The translations under genes were made by a program, and so were the position numbers. Below, one piece after another: positions 24,481 through 37,890 of a stretch of 64,000 nucleotides of DNA (its first letter is position 1; each line of letters begins with the position of its first letter). The stretch is from NCBI RefSeq assembly GCF_001194135.2, contig NC_068984.1, positions 105,149,639-105,213,638 of the forward strand, in the 5' to 3' direction. Below the pieces are notes generated by a model. The model was given only the letters and a program-made list of their open reading frames with translations. It did no database searches and was not told the origin of the DNA. The stretch comes from Octopus bimaculoides (lineage: Eukaryota).

Positions 24481-25539
24481 AAGTGATAGTTTTTTAAGGT
24501 TATCTCTCCTTTTTTTTCTTTTTGGTGAGTTGAGACATGTAGGACTACATTATCTAATGATGTGACAAGTCCTTGATAAGACAGAGTTTCATTTCAGGGA
24601 AAGTAGGCTGCTATTTCTAGCTGGTCAAGTGGCCAGATAGAGACTCATTTACACAAGTGGTTAAATGGTATAGTGGTGAGACTGGAACAAACTAAAGCAT
24701 TATAGATAGTACCAATGATCCTAACAAATCTGGATTGACTAAGCTTTATAGCAACGTTATGTTCCAAGTTAATACAGTCTTGACTATATCATGTTAATGA
24801 TGGTCTTATTGAAATCTAAGCATTTCCTAGTACAATTTTCTTGAGTTTGTCTCGCCATTTAAACTTTTACACCCTAACCAAAAACCATACTAAATGTGTA
24901 ACAATATGTTTTGGGGATGAGAAAGATTCATGCAAGAGTAATGTTTGGATTTTGAAAAAAGGAAAGAAAAATAATGAGAACACTTATTGCCGAACATTCT
25001 GAATGAATATTTTGAGAAATCAGCATTTGTATCTTGTTCCTGTCTCTGCCATTACAAGAACATGACAGTCTTAATGTCTAATTCCACCTTGCTCTAAACT
25101 AGGTATTCCATATAATGTAATTCATTGCAATAAACAGTGGAAGCACTATCAGATTGGTAAATGTTTCTTTGATTTGCAATGTCATATTTAGACTCTACTC
25201 TAGGAAAAGTTAAGATAGAAGAGCAAGAAGGTATATATCTCTTTTCTGCCTAAATGCTATTGAAAACCAGCGATACACATCAGATTATTCTTTGTGAATG
25301 CTGTTTAGATTACTGTATAGTGTATTAGATCTCTCTCCTTGGAGAACTACATGAAGATAATTATGTAAAAACCTCTTTGCCAGCAGCAGTTAGCTAGGTC
25401 TTCTCTTTTGCATTCCAATGTGTCCTTTTTACTTCACAAGTATTAAGTATTACTGAACCAGCTTTGTTATGCTTGGTTTCCTTCTATCATACTGCCAGAC
25501 AATCCACCTGATACATTAATCAGATCATATGTCAATGAG

Positions 25540-26180
25540 GGTTTCAGAGTCATTCACTGTGCTCACCATTGCTAGAACCATTAGCCGTGCAAAACAAAGT
25601 ATAATGCATGAAAGATGGGAGCCACTCTTGAATATACTGAAAATGGCAAGGTGAGTCACTCAGTAACATTATGATTTGCAAATAGATGCATTTTTGTGGT
25701 CTTACACCTTTTGGGGTTTTACAAGAAATATGTTCGATAAATGTTTTTATTTTAGCATTGTATTATTGGTTGGCTCTGCAGGAATGGTCTGTGCTCATGA
25801 CCTTCACACACTCCTGAGACTGGTGAGATTAAATCCATTAGTATTCCACTTAAACAGTTGCAAGCTAAAGGCCACAGGAAAAAAACCTGTGCAAAAAGCA
25901 AACTTAAGAAGTTTCAGTGTTCCAGGAAAGAAAGTACTTGATGCAATAATTATTACAGGACTTTGGAGTGGATGCAGTATGGAGGACAAAATGAGGGGAG
26001 ACAAGTTGGAATTGCTTGAATGGTTATAACATGAAAACCAACCAGTTCTAAGAAACAGAAGTCATTAGTGTACCAGGGAAAAAAACAGAGAAGACACAGT
26101 ATGGTCAAGTGTATTTGTGAGCAATCAATCAGGTTGGGTTTTGTTTGGATAAAACTGAAATTTACAGGCATATACCATAC
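25540..26180 (+). mobile_element. Possible piggyBac transposase C-terminal remnant
   Basis: Fragments TKYNA*KMGA (cf. DYN..MGGVD), KKYVR*MFLF (cf. KWYKKLFF) and TEKTQYGQVYL*AINQVGFCLDK (cf. the Cys-rich tail KET.Y.C..C...GLCL..CF) occur in the expected order. Heavily decayed; no TIRs identified. Confidence 0.4.
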
Positions 26181-26479
26181 ATGACATATATTAATCATCA
26201 TTTTAATGTCCAGTTTTCTATACTTGCATGGGTTGGACAGACTTTATTGAGGCAGATTTTCTATGGCTGGATGCCTTTCTTGTTGCCAACCCTCACCAGT
26301 TTCCAAGCAAGGTAATATTTTCCCATAGCCAGATATGTTTTTTGCAGAATATTGGAAATGTATGACACTGTGTCACAGTGACACCCATTTACAACTATCA
26401 CATAATGTCAAGGCTAAGAGACACCAACATACACGCTCATATGTACATGCACACACACACACACACACACACATTTAGA

Positions 26480-26635
26480 GAGAGCTTCTTTCAATTTCCA
26501 TCTACAAAATCCACTCACAAGGCTTTGTTGGTCAGGAGCTATAATAGAAGACGCTTAAGGTGTTATATCGTAAGATTGAGCCCAAAGCCATGTGGTTGGG
26601 AAGCATACTTCTTAATCACACAATCACACCTTCAT
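26480..26635 (-). mobile_element. Long SINE family 5' half, antisense
   Basis: CTTCTTTCAATTTCCATCTACAAAATCCACTCACAAGGCTTTG...CATGTGGTTGGGAAGCATACTTCTT is the reverse complement of the SINE head. Confidence 0.7.
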
Positions 26636-26638
26636 TTA

Positions 26639-26688
<50 letters not shown>

Positions 26689-27139
26689 CAGCCAGTGCTC
26701 CAGCATGGCCACAGTCAAATGACTGAAACGAGTAAAATAATAAAAGAATATATATGGTATATACGGAGGTAATGCTAAATAGTTAGTAGTGATCTTTCTA
26801 TGTATAAGACAAACTGAAATACAAACACATCTTTGATGGTATTAAACAGCAAACCTTTTATGAAATTATTCTCTCAGTAGGTTGAGTAATGTTAAAAAAA
26901 AGTTTCAGTATGCAATTGTAATACTGATCAAGTGCTAATAGCCTAAAATTTGCCATACATAATCAAATAATCCACAATACTTGTAACAGAAAATTATGGA
27001 ACACTTTTATAACTTTGTGTAATGAAACAAAGAAATGTGTGTGTGTCAGATTGTCTTCAATTAACATCTGCTCTACATATTGATATAAGCTGGATTGGAT
27101 CTGACAAATCACAAGGCTGCATGAAGCTCCAATGTATAT

Positions 27140-28440
27140 TTTAGCATGATTTCTGTGGCTGGATGCACTTCCTAATAGCAACCACTTTACAGTGTGTACT
27201 AGGTGTTTTTCTTCATGTTACCATCATTAGTGAGCTTATCTCAGCGTGCAAGACTGATGGGTCTAGAGGAGCCCCTATAACTGAAGGATAATAGGAGAGT
27301 GTATGATGATTTTAGGCAAAGTGATGAAAGATAAGACATAAGGAGAGGAACAGTTAGTTGTGAGAGGGCGATAGCAGAGAGAGTAATAGAGTATAATGAA
27401 TATACAGAGTAATAGAGTTGGGGAGGGTGTGTGGAAGAAGCAAGAGAAAGAAAGAAATGACTCAGTAGTTAGTGATAAATGGAGGAAAAGAGTTGTAGGG
27501 GTAGACTGTAAAGTGAAGGGGATCCAGGGCTATTCCACATATAGACAAGTGTGGGCAGTTGATGTGAGGGGAATGAAACATGAAAAATGAGTGTGGTGAG
27601 GATCCAGAGAAAGTTATTGATTAAAAGAGAAGGTGAGGGGGTTGAAAGGTAGGCCAAAGGAAGATAAGAGAATATTGAGGTAGCAGAGAGGTTGTGGCAG
27701 AGGACAATGAAAGAAAGAGGAGAGATAGAGAGAGGGTGTGATAGATGGCAATGAGTAAGTGAGCATCCCAGGTGGTGAGGTAAGAGATATGAATGATAGG
27801 GTAATGCTTGAAGTGAGTCAGGAGATAGATTGAAGAACAGATAGTTATGAGGATGGACCAATTCAGTCACTCGTACACATGATGGGGATGGTATGTGAAA
27901 CAGCCATACATAGTCTATGCACTTCAAAGATAGTAGAGAGATAAGAGATGAAGAGGTTTGAGTGATAGACAAGATGAGGTGTGCATCAAATATAAACTTC
28001 ACAGAATACAAATGTGTATATATTACACACACACAAACACTTGCATACAGAGATCACAGCCTCTGTAATTATCATCTTTTCAATGCACTAGTCATATCTC
28101 CTGCAGTCACATCACCAATCAATACACTCCTTTGTCATTTCCTCTGTGAGGTAGCATCTTCAAGTCAGCCTTCAACACTTCATCTCACTTTTCCCTTGGT
28201 CTCCCACTTCTTCAGGTTCCACTAACTTGAAGTGTTCAGCACTTTTGTATGCAGCAGTCATCCTCTATATGCATCACATGCACATACTGATGCAACTAAT
28301 GCAGCCTTCTCTCTTACACACTACATCTGATCCTCTTATATCCAGCTTTTCTCTCAGTTCATTCGTACTCTGTCTTTCATACTCACTAACATTAGATATC
28401 CATTGGAGAATGCTTGCTTCTTCACTTTCTCTCTGACTAA
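27140..28440 (-). mobile_element. 5'-truncated RTE LINE: ORF end, CT-rich 3' region and conserved tail
   Basis: Minus-strand SILQWISNVSEYERQSTNELREKLDIRG...LTEEMT at 28100-28440, then a strand-asymmetric purine block (27240-27990 on +), then the tail motif GGCTGGATGC.CTTCC..A..CAACC at 27140-27240. Confidence 0.65.
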
Positions 28441-28507
28441 ATAAATACACACACATGTACCTGTATGTCTATGAATGCATATAATGTGTGTGTGTGTGTG
28501 TGTACAT

Positions 28508-28542
<35 letters not shown>

Positions 28543-28639
28543 TATGCATATGTGTATATGCATTTATATATGAGTGGGTGAGTGTATGCATAGTTTGTTG
28601 ATATCCAATGGGTCCAAGGACTGCATTGTATTCAAAGAT

Positions 28640-29400
28640 CTGCTTTGGCATGGTTTCTATGACTGGATGCCCTTCCTAATACCCACCATTTTACATAGTG
28701 TAGTGGGTGCTTTTCTTGTGGCACTGGCACTAGTGATGTTGCTGTGTAACTCACAAGATAAAAATCCCATTCAACTGAATGTTGATGCAGAAGTGGGAGG
28801 CAGATTTATGTTAGGTGATGAAAGATTAAAGTATAAATGTGGGATTGGAACAGGTTTCTTGGTGTGTGGATGGGAGTAGATAGTGTGGAGTTAAAATGAG
28901 AGATGAAGAAGGTAGTAAAAAGGTATTAGGGTGGGCCCTAGGGTTAGAAGAGGAAGAAGTGGAAGTATGGATGGGTAGGAGTTGCATGAGTGTATGGAGA
29001 GAGTGGGAATGAGTTTAAGATGGAGACTGGATGTGAATATGCAAAATACTAAACAAAGATCAAATTGGTGGGAGAAGTCAATGAGAAATATAAGTTATAT
29101 GGAAGGTAGAGAAGAGTAGATAATGATTAGAGATATGGGTGAATGGTGGTGGGTGTGATCAATGATACATATGAATTTGGAGGGAAGATCAGGGAAAGTA
29201 GGGGCTGTCTAGAGATTGGGTATGTCAAGTGAAGAGCAGCAAAAGCAAAGTAATAATACAGTAGACAAATGATGGATGAGGGAAAACAAGATGGTATGTG
29301 GTGGGTAGGTTGAAAGAGTCTAAATGGAGGGACAGATTTAGTGTGTGAGAGAGAGAGAGATATGTGCAAGTCAGTAGGAAGTGTGAGAGGTGTTGAAGTT
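28640..29400 (-). mobile_element. RTE 3' tail plus purine-rich block (same family as 27140-28440)
   Basis: GGCATGGTTTCTATGACTGGATGCCCTTCCTAATACCCACC tail motif at 28640-28690, followed on + by a GA-rich block. Confidence 0.5.
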
Positions 29401-29599
29401 ATCACAGTGATTCTCTACTTTTCTATGAGGACAGGCATATATAGTAAAGAAGTTTGCTTATCAACACACACACACAATAATATATATGTATGTATATATG
29501 CTCATGTTTCTACCCATGGTGCCACACAATAGGACTGAACCTAGAACCATATGGGTGGGAAGCAAACTTTTTACCACAGCGCTATGCTTCTGTGTGTGT

Positions 29600-29658
29600 G
29601 CATCTATATATATATATATATAATATGATATAGATGAATATGTTTGTATGTGCATAAA

Positions 29659-29704
<46 letters not shown>

Positions 29705-30006
29705 AATATAAATAATATATATATATGCATATATACATACGTATGTGTACATACTTACATATATACATGTGCATATATGGGCACCAGACATCACAGAACG
29801 TGAGCAGCAAAAAATACGAATATATGGAAAACAAAATACGAATACATGGAATATGAATTGTTTTTTGTGAACAGCGAAGGAAATGGATAGAAAACAAGAT
29901 GTGCAACATAAAGAACGACCCTTCATCAGTTGTCTGCTGTTTTTCTTATCTGTATTTCGAGCATTTCATGAATGTATGTGTATATACATATTTATGTTTG
30001 TGCATG

Positions 30007-30046
<40 letters not shown>

Positions 30047-30182
30047 GTATACATGCATATTTATGTGTGTATCATCACAGTTTAACATACAGCTTCTGTA
30101 CTGGCATGGTTTCTATGGCTGGATGCCCTTCTTAATGCCAACCTCTTTACAGTATACACATATGTATACATGCATGCATATA

Positions 30183-30232
<50 letters not shown>

Positions 30233-30245
30233 GATATATATATAA
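29600..30245. repeat. Microsatellite-rich block with several (TA)n and (TG)n runs
   Basis: Direct inspection; interrupted by short unique and RTE-tail pieces. Confidence 0.85.
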
Positions 30246-30260
30246 TATAGACAGATATGT

Positions 30261-31410
30261 ATGTATAATGGAATCAGATGTAGTTTACAAGAATGGAGAC
30301 CTTGTGATTATGGACATACAATACAAATAACAGTACTAATGGAAGAGAAAGTCTGTGGAAGTGGAAGACTTCGAAAGACATGGGTTGAAATGGTGAAAAC
30401 TGATCTTAAGATACTGATGTTCATGAGGGAGTTGTTCAGTGGCTGCAACACTGTATGCAGGAGCACTCTCTCTCTCAAGCTGGGCTGGAAGAGTGTTAAC
30501 AAGAGGTGCATTGATAGCTGGGTTACTTTTGCTGTTCCTCCCCTGTTTCCTTTTCACTATCTTCTCTTCTCTCCTCTCCTCTAAATCTCTGCCTGTGATA
30601 TTTTCACTACATTGTTATCTCACACTCCTCACCACCTGAGACACTTCCTCTGCTGTGACATCCTGATCTTCCCCACTTCTTCTGTGGTACTGATACTTTC
30701 AGCCACTCCCTTTCTGCTCTTGCTGTACTCACTCACTGCTCTTCCACTCTCCTCCTCATTTTCTATGAGCATCTTCTTTGCACAACACTTACAATTCTCC
30801 ACATGTTATCTTTCCATATTTGGCCCACCCCTATGATCTGCACATTATTTGCTTCTTTGGTGACTCCCTTCAGATCCTTGTTACATCCCTTTATCTCTTT
30901 CTTTCATGTCCCTTTTTGCTAACAGCATTCCTTTCATACTCACCTTTGTAATGTAGGTTGACTGGAAACCCTTACACAACAAAACTTATTACTCTGTCCT
31001 TCTTTCTCATTAACCACTAACACATATCCCTTCCCATATATCCTTTCTCTCCCAGTATCCTTTCTCTCCCAATAGTATCAGCTTTGTAATACTCCCCACT
31101 ATCACCCTCTCACAACTATCAATATGTTCCTGTTTTCATATTTTACTTTCTCATCCTTGAATCATCGTGTCTTCTCGCTACTATTCTCCTTTAGATAGAG
31201 GACCCTTAGTCTTACATGTTCAAATGAGACCTTGCTACTGCTAGTACCATAGCAACAAACCACCCTGTAATAACCATACTCTGTAAGGTAGTTGACATTA
31301 GGAAGGACATACATAGACACTAAGGCAAAGCAGACAATGGAGAGTCCTCTGACTACTAGGATCATGTCCAACAGTTCAACCCAAGCCACATGGTAACATG
31401 TGAAAGATGA
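30261..31410 (+). mobile_element. 5'-truncated RTE LINE: ORF end, CT-rich 3' region and tail
   Basis: MEEKVCGSGRLRKTWVEMVKTDLKIL matches the RTE motif G...RGRPRKTW.E.VK.DL. It is followed by a CT-rich block (30520-31160) and a tail ending near 31410. Confidence 0.65.
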
Positions 31411-31724
31411 TATATGTATGTATATATGTATATATATATCACACATACATTTATATAAAGTGTGAGAGATACATTGCTGCCTTCTCTCTCCATTATATAC
31501 AGGAGGGATTAGCTGGAAAGTGTTGACAAGGTATCAGGGTATCCTCTTAAAGTACATAAAGTTGAGTATACAAGACAATAGAGACAAAGTACCTTCAGCA
31601 GTGGGGATGCAAACTTACAAGGGTGTAAATGAGATAGAGGTCAGGTTGGATATAATAAGTGATGAACAAAGGTGGTAGGAGCCCATTTATGGTAACTATG
31701 ACGGGCTGTTCAGAATTATGAATA

Positions 31725-31873
31725 GTATATGTATATATGATATATACATATATGTATATCTATGTGTATCATATACATACATATATATATAATATATATA
31801 TATATTATATATCTATATGTGTATCATATATATATATAATATATATATATTATGTATGTATAATATGTGTATA

Positions 31874-31913
<40 letters not shown>

Positions 31914-32259
31914 NNNNNNNNNNNNNNNNNNNNNNNNNNNNNNNNNNNNNNNNNNNNNNNNNNNNNNNNNNNNNNNNNNNNNNNNNNNNNNNNNNNNNNN
32001 NNNNNNNNNNNNNATATATATATATATATATACACATATATATGTATATATATGTATATATATCTATGTGTATGTATATGTATATATACGTGTATATATA
32101 TACATGTATATATATATGTATATATACATACGTATATATGTACATGTGTATATATATGTACATGTGTATATATATATATATACATGTATATATATATGTG
32201 TATATATTTATTCGTATATATACCTGTCCTCGTCTGTTGTTGTTTTTTCGTATATTCTC

Positions 32260-32305
<46 letters not shown>
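31725..32305. repeat. Compound (TA)/(CA)/(TG) microsatellite spanning an N-gap
   Basis: Direct inspection; gap at 31914-32013. Confidence 0.9.
31914..32013. other. Assembly gap
   Basis: Run of N within a microsatellite. Confidence 1.
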
Positions 32306-32306
<1 letters not shown>

Positions 32307-32307
32307 C

Positions 32308-32630
32308 TGCTGAGACCCCCTTTGGTCATGACTTACCATGGGATTGCACCTGTAAAGTTACCCTCCTAGGGTAAGTTTGTTTATGGAATACCAGCAGTCG
32401 CCCATGCATACCAGTCTCCCCCTCCACGCCACCGATGTTATCCGAGTGGAAGGGCCGATACAGCATGGCACCTGTGACGTCGCAACTCATTTCTACAGCT
32501 AAGTGAACTAACGCAACGTGAAATAATGTGTCTTACTCAAGAACTCAACACACAACCCGGTCTGGGATTCAAACTCACAACCTGATGATCGTAAGCTTGA
32601 TACTCTAACCATTGAGCCATGCTCCTTCAC
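32308..32630 (-). mobile_element. tRNA-derived SINE with CORE-like segment, CpG-rich young copy
   Basis: Minus strand reads GTGAAGGAGCATGGCTCAATGGTTAGAG (A box)...GAGTTTGAATCCC (B box)...GAGTTCTTGAGTAAGACAC (CORE-like). Many CpGs are retained. Confidence 0.8.
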
Positions 32631-32637
32631 ATACTTG

Positions 32638-32725
<88 letters not shown>

Positions 32726-32796
32726 AATATATATATACATATATACACGTGTATATATATATATATATATACACATATATGCATGTATATATATGC

Positions 32797-32851
<55 letters not shown>

Positions 32852-32855
32852 TATA
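32631..32855. repeat. Long (TA)n microsatellite with variants
   Basis: Pure TA run of about 80 bp from 32642, plus degenerate flanks. Confidence 0.95.
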
Positions 32856-33049
32856 TTTAATTGTTGAAGAAATTGAGGTATTGTTTGTGTACCAGTAATT
32901 TCCAAATGTCCAAAATAATTTGGATGCTGATGAACCAGTTTCACTGATTGCTGCAAATATTTTAAAAGGATAGTAAATGGTAAGAAATCTGGAAACTCAT
33001 TTCTTGAACTATGACTCTAATATGGAATACAGTTTGTATATTAAAGTGA

Positions 33050-34060
33050 AACAATCTGTTGTTAAGCAACATGTGTATGGGTGGGGAACATGAATGCAAA
33101 TACTAGAAAAGAATGAAATTAGCATGCTAGTTTGGATGTTCTGTATCCGGTTGCACATACACCAAAGTGCAAATGTATTGAGAGAAAGACTGGGCATGAG
33201 AGGCATCAAATGTAATGTGTAAGAGAAAGGACTGCATTGGTCTAGTCATGTCTTGCATACATATGAGGCCTGTTGCATAAAGAAGTGACATTTGCTAAAA
33301 GTGGATGAGCTCTGTGGAAGGTAGATACCCAGAAAGTTGCAGGACAAATTAGTGAAGACTGACCTTGGGTTGTTGAGCCTCATAGAAAAGATGACAAATG
33401 ACTGAGATGATTTGCAATTTTCTTTGTTAAATTTTCAATTTTCTTTGATCCACCTTTGGGAAAAATGAGGTCTTTAAAGTCTACCATTTTGTCTATTCTC
33501 CTGCATTCAAACTGTCCCCATAACACATCTTCTTAACACCCATCCCTCCATCACTCTTCTGATTACAGTGCTTTTTCAGCTGCTGTAATTATAACAGAGT
33601 AGAGATGCACATATATCATTTCCTATACTTTTGTGCTACCAGTTTCTCCTCTTCTTGGAACCAGCTTCCCCATATGGCACACCTTGCATTTTCAGTATCA
33701 TCCTTTACAACTATTGAACATCATCCCATGTCAGCCATCAACCCATTCACCCACCGTTGTTTGCCATTATCTCTCTATTCACTCCTACACAACTCTGATC
33801 TCTGCCCTTGTCACTGGGCACTCCTCCCTCTCTTCCTCTACACTTCACATCCTCTTACTATTTCTCATTTATATGGTTTTAGTACAATGATGCTCTCCAC
33901 TCGTCTTTTTTTTAACTTCTTCCTCCTTCCTGATCCACTCCTATTCCTTTCATCTTCATGAGTCTTAATGTTTCTGATATTAGTCCTCCATCACAGGAAA
34001 AGAATGTAAAAGAGAAATATTTGTGTCTGGAAATGGACATAAGGGAGAAATAGTGTGTTA
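33050..34060 (+). mobile_element. 5'-truncated RTE LINE: ORF end plus CT-rich 3' region
   Basis: EKRLGMRGIKCNV*EKGLHWSSHVLH...CGR*IPRKLQDKLVKTDLGLLSLIEKMTND at 33180-33410, followed by a CT-rich block at 33480-33980. Confidence 0.6.
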
Positions 34061-35199
34061 GTGTGTGTATGGATGTATGCAAGTGCAGAAATATGGTAAT
34101 ATTATTTAGTCAGGCAGTGGAAAGACGTTGATGTGTGTGTGATTGTTAAGTGGGTAGTATGAAACTGTGTTTGCATGTATGTGGGAATAATTGTGTTGAA
34201 GAAGTACACAAGATGGCAAGAGCAAGGTAGGAAGTGTTGTTTATGTGTAGGAGTGCATAAACAAAAACAATTAAAGGTGTAAAAGTAGTTTTTTTTGGCA
34301 TTCAACTATGAAACATTGAGGGAAGATTTATGCTAAAATTCGGAAAAGAGAGAAAAATGTTTTAGAATGTTGAATTGTGAAATGAGAACTAAAGTCTGAA
34401 AAATTGTTGGGAAGTTCAAATATTTGGTAAAATCTCTGTGGAATTGATGAGGAGTCTTGAAGATGATAAAAAGTGTCTGGGAACAGAGTACAATCGATGA
34501 AAATGATGCATGAAGGGAAAGAGCAAAACATTGTTACAAATATGCTGCAGGGAAGAAAGAAAATAGTTAACAGAAATGAGAGGGAAGAACAAATGTTTTT
34601 TTTTATTCTTTTTTAAGAAAAGGGCAGATGAAAAAGGAAGCAGCAGAAGAAGTGGGTGGGTATGTGGGTGTGTTAGTAGGTTAAAGAGTGAGTAATGTTT
34701 GAGTAGAAGTGACAGATGAGATAAGGAAAGAGAAAAAGATAATTCAAAAGTGCAAATCAATACAAGAAATGCTAAAGTATAGAAAAATGTATGTGAAAGT
34801 ATGTGTGTGTGTGCATGCACGCATGCATGTGTTTGTGTGTGCGTGCACACGTGTGAGTCTGTGTATCATTGTGTATATGTGTGTACCTATATGCATGGAT
34901 AAGTGAAGGATGTGAATGGTCAAAGAGTGCCAGTGAGTTTGTTTGTCTTATGTAGGGTATGTGAATCAAAGAAAAGAGGGTAAGTACTTAGAGGTGTGTA
35001 GATGCATGTATAAGTAAAGGATGTAAATGTATAGAGGCAGGTGGCTGGAGGGAAGTACAAGTTTGCATATGTGAAAGCTGTTAGTTGATGTATGTAGGGA
35101 GAGTGTGGTAATTGAGGGAGAATAAAAAATTAGTAACAGAGGGATTGGTTGGATGCATGTACAGATAGAGGTGGGGGTGTGTGTATTTCTAGAACTGGC

Positions 35200-35540
35200 A
35201 GGGGTGTGCAGGCTACAAAAAGCAAAGGAATGAAATTAGACCAAAGGATGGGTAAGTTTTGAGAAAGAAGATGAGTTTTTGTTCCCTCTGGAAGTCAGGA
35301 GCAGGAAATCCAGTGTTACAGGCCAAACTGAAGACAAAATGAGGTGTGGATGGAGTGATCAGCAAAGCAGAAATATCAAGAAACAGGAAGCCCATTGCCA
35401 AGTCAAATGCCTGAGGTACTCTGCAAAGCTGTCAGACAATCAGTAGCCAGTTAATCTAAATTCATTTCTGTAACTTTTGTACTGCACTACAAAGCAAGCA
35501 ACTAATGCATGATTACTTCCCTTCACACATCCATAAGTAA
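35200..35540 (-). mobile_element. Possible RTE endonuclease-region remnant
   Basis: Minus-strand fragments LGNGLPVS*YFC and ACNTGF resemble the AP-endonuclease segment NG..LL.FC...L.I.NT.F. Weak match. Confidence 0.3.
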
Positions 35541-35769
35541 AAACTACATTGATGGTATCAACATCTCATACTTTCTGCAATCTCAGTTACAATGGTGGAG
35601 TATCTTTTGTGACTTGAATTGTGGATGAATAAATGCTAATTTCTGGCTGCAGAAATTTAGCAAATTCTTTGAAAGGAATTGTTTATCCCTCTTCCTGTTA
35701 GTAACGTGTGTGTACATAAATATATGTAAATACACATACACATAAATCAGAATACTAGAATTTCTGGTG

Positions 35770-37190
35770 AGTGTTCTCTCAGTAACACAACTCTTGTAAG
35801 ACCACTGTCCAGCATGACCCTCAAACTTCCTCACCTTCCAAACTGCAGCTTGTCCTTTTGATCCCTGCCAAGAGTATCTCTGCCAATTTTGCTGAACCTT
35901 TTTGTCCTCCTCTTCTTAACAATGGTAACTCTGTAAGTAGTACCTCAATGGACAGATCCTCCACCTTTGCTGCCCACTTTGCATCCAGTTCTACACAATT
36001 TACCCTGAGTTAATTCTCCCATCAAACCCTCCATCTTTCACTCCAATAGATTCCCCACCTATTGGAGTGAAAGATACCAAGCTACTTAAAACAAACAAGA
36101 CCACCAATTCAGGCAATGTCATCTTCATTACACTTAAAGAATTCACCCCCAGAATTTGCTCCTATACTCACCAAATTTTTTAAATTTATATATAGTGACC
36201 TATATATAAATTTGAATTTACACCTCAGTGCATCCCCATTCCAAAGAAAAGTGACCCCTTCTAACACAGCTAACTATCTTTCTATTTCTTTCAACTCTGA
36301 CATCACCAAGGTAATGGAGACAGCCATTAGGAATGACATTGTCCATTGCCTTAAATATCTCTCTCCCCTGTGACCCTAATATGGTTTCCACTGGTGACCT
36401 TCTCTCATACGTCACCAGTCTGTTGTTGCTTTAGAGAAGTTCAGTGAAAGCAATGTTGTTGCTCTTGACGTCAGTAAAGCTGTTGATCATGTCTGACATC
36501 CATATCTCCTACCAAAACTTCTCACCTATGACCTCTACCCATCTTTCATCTCTTGGGACAGTAGTTTTCTATCTCATTGTGGTATGTGTTAACAGAGCTC
36601 TACCTACCCAACTCTCAGTTAACTTTGGTGTTTAGCAAAGTTCAGTTCTCCCCCTCACTCTCTTCCTTTTGTATATCAATGTCACATTCAACAACACCCA
36701 TTTTTATGCATATGACACAACCCTTCACTTTCCCCTAATTTTCCCAACCATTCATTCTCTATACACAACATATGCCAACCCTGCATTGTTTCTATAAACA
36801 GAGTCCATGAGAGCATCTCTCAGTGGAGCCATGCCAACCTTGTCTCTTTTAACTGCAAAAACACTCGATCACTAATCATATCAAGAAATCCTCACCACAT
36901 CATTCTCTCACCAAATATAAGTGATAGTCAGCTGGACCCCTCATAGTCACTCCAAATGCTGGGCCTATTACCAAAGATCTCTCCTGACTCAAGCATTTCC
37001 TTAGCATATCTAGGACTGCATCCGAAAGAATGTCTCTTCTCTTTTGAGCCAGAAGATACTTCAGCTCCCTACAGTAGCTAACACTTTACAAGGCCCACAA
37101 TGGAGCATTGCTCACACATCTGGGCTGATGCTGCTGTTACATTGACACTATCAGTCTCACCAGTCTTGGAGGGCATGTAAGGGTCATAAG
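35770..37190 (+). mobile_element. CR1/Jockey-group LINE reverse-transcriptase remnant
   Basis: PILTKFF...PSNTANYLSISFNSDITKVMETAIRNDIVHCL, TGDLLSYVT, NVVALDVSKAVDHV*HPYLLPKLLTY, a mutated YADD (FYAYDTTL) and HIWAD appear in canonical RT order, with stops and frameshifts. Confidence 0.8.
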
Positions 37191-37705
37191 CTTTGTCTTT
37201 CCCTCCTGACTCGGCAAATTAAAAAATACAAAGAAACTAGTGGTGATCTGTATTAGCAAAATTTTTTATTGGTAAAAGGTAATTTTGTAAGTTTTAATGT
37301 CAGTTGGAGAAGCATAATGGTGTTTTGAACCAAGCCATGTGAGACAGACAGACAGACAGTGTTTTCTTTGTTCTTAGCACATTAGAGTGTGGAAATAGTA
37401 AAGATTTCATTTCCACTAACACATGAAAGAGAAAGTGAAGTTGGAGGTGAAGAAAGAATAATATGAAGGAAAGGGGAGGGTTATTGGTCTTTGTAACTTT
37501 TGTAGCATGTGTCAGGTGAAGGTCAAACAATGTTTTTTTTATTTTAATATACACATTCATGTCTACACACACATATGAATATTTAAATTTAACTCAGTAG
37601 CTCTCATATTTTCATGCATACTAAAAACTGAAACTGTTAGCTCACATGTTGTTTATACACACACATATCAATTTATTTGTTTGCATGTATGAGTGTGTAT
37701 GTGTT

Positions 37706-37764
<59 letters not shown>

Positions 37765-37765
<1 letters not shown>

Positions 37766-37890
37766 GCAGCATTGATGAATGGTCAAGAAGTTTACTTTGC
37801 AGTCAGTGTCTTGGGTTTAACCCAACCCTTGTGGGTGAAACTGGATAGGTGGAAATTGTGTAGAAACTCATTGCTTGTATTGTTCTTGTA
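37765..37890 (+). mobile_element. Long SINE family fragment
   Basis: Degenerate head (GGTCAAGAAGTTTACTTTGCAGTCAGTGTCTTGGGTTTAACCC) and GGATAGGTGGAAATTG segment. Confidence 0.45.

Noticed and set aside
28480-28550. Hairpin formed by adjacent (TG)n and (CA)n tracts
   Set aside because: A by-product of neighbouring complementary microsatellites, which are common in this window.
32560-32630. tRNA-like A and B boxes here and at the heads of other SINEs
   Set aside because: No cloverleaf or anticodon arm; these are SINE heads, not tRNA genes.
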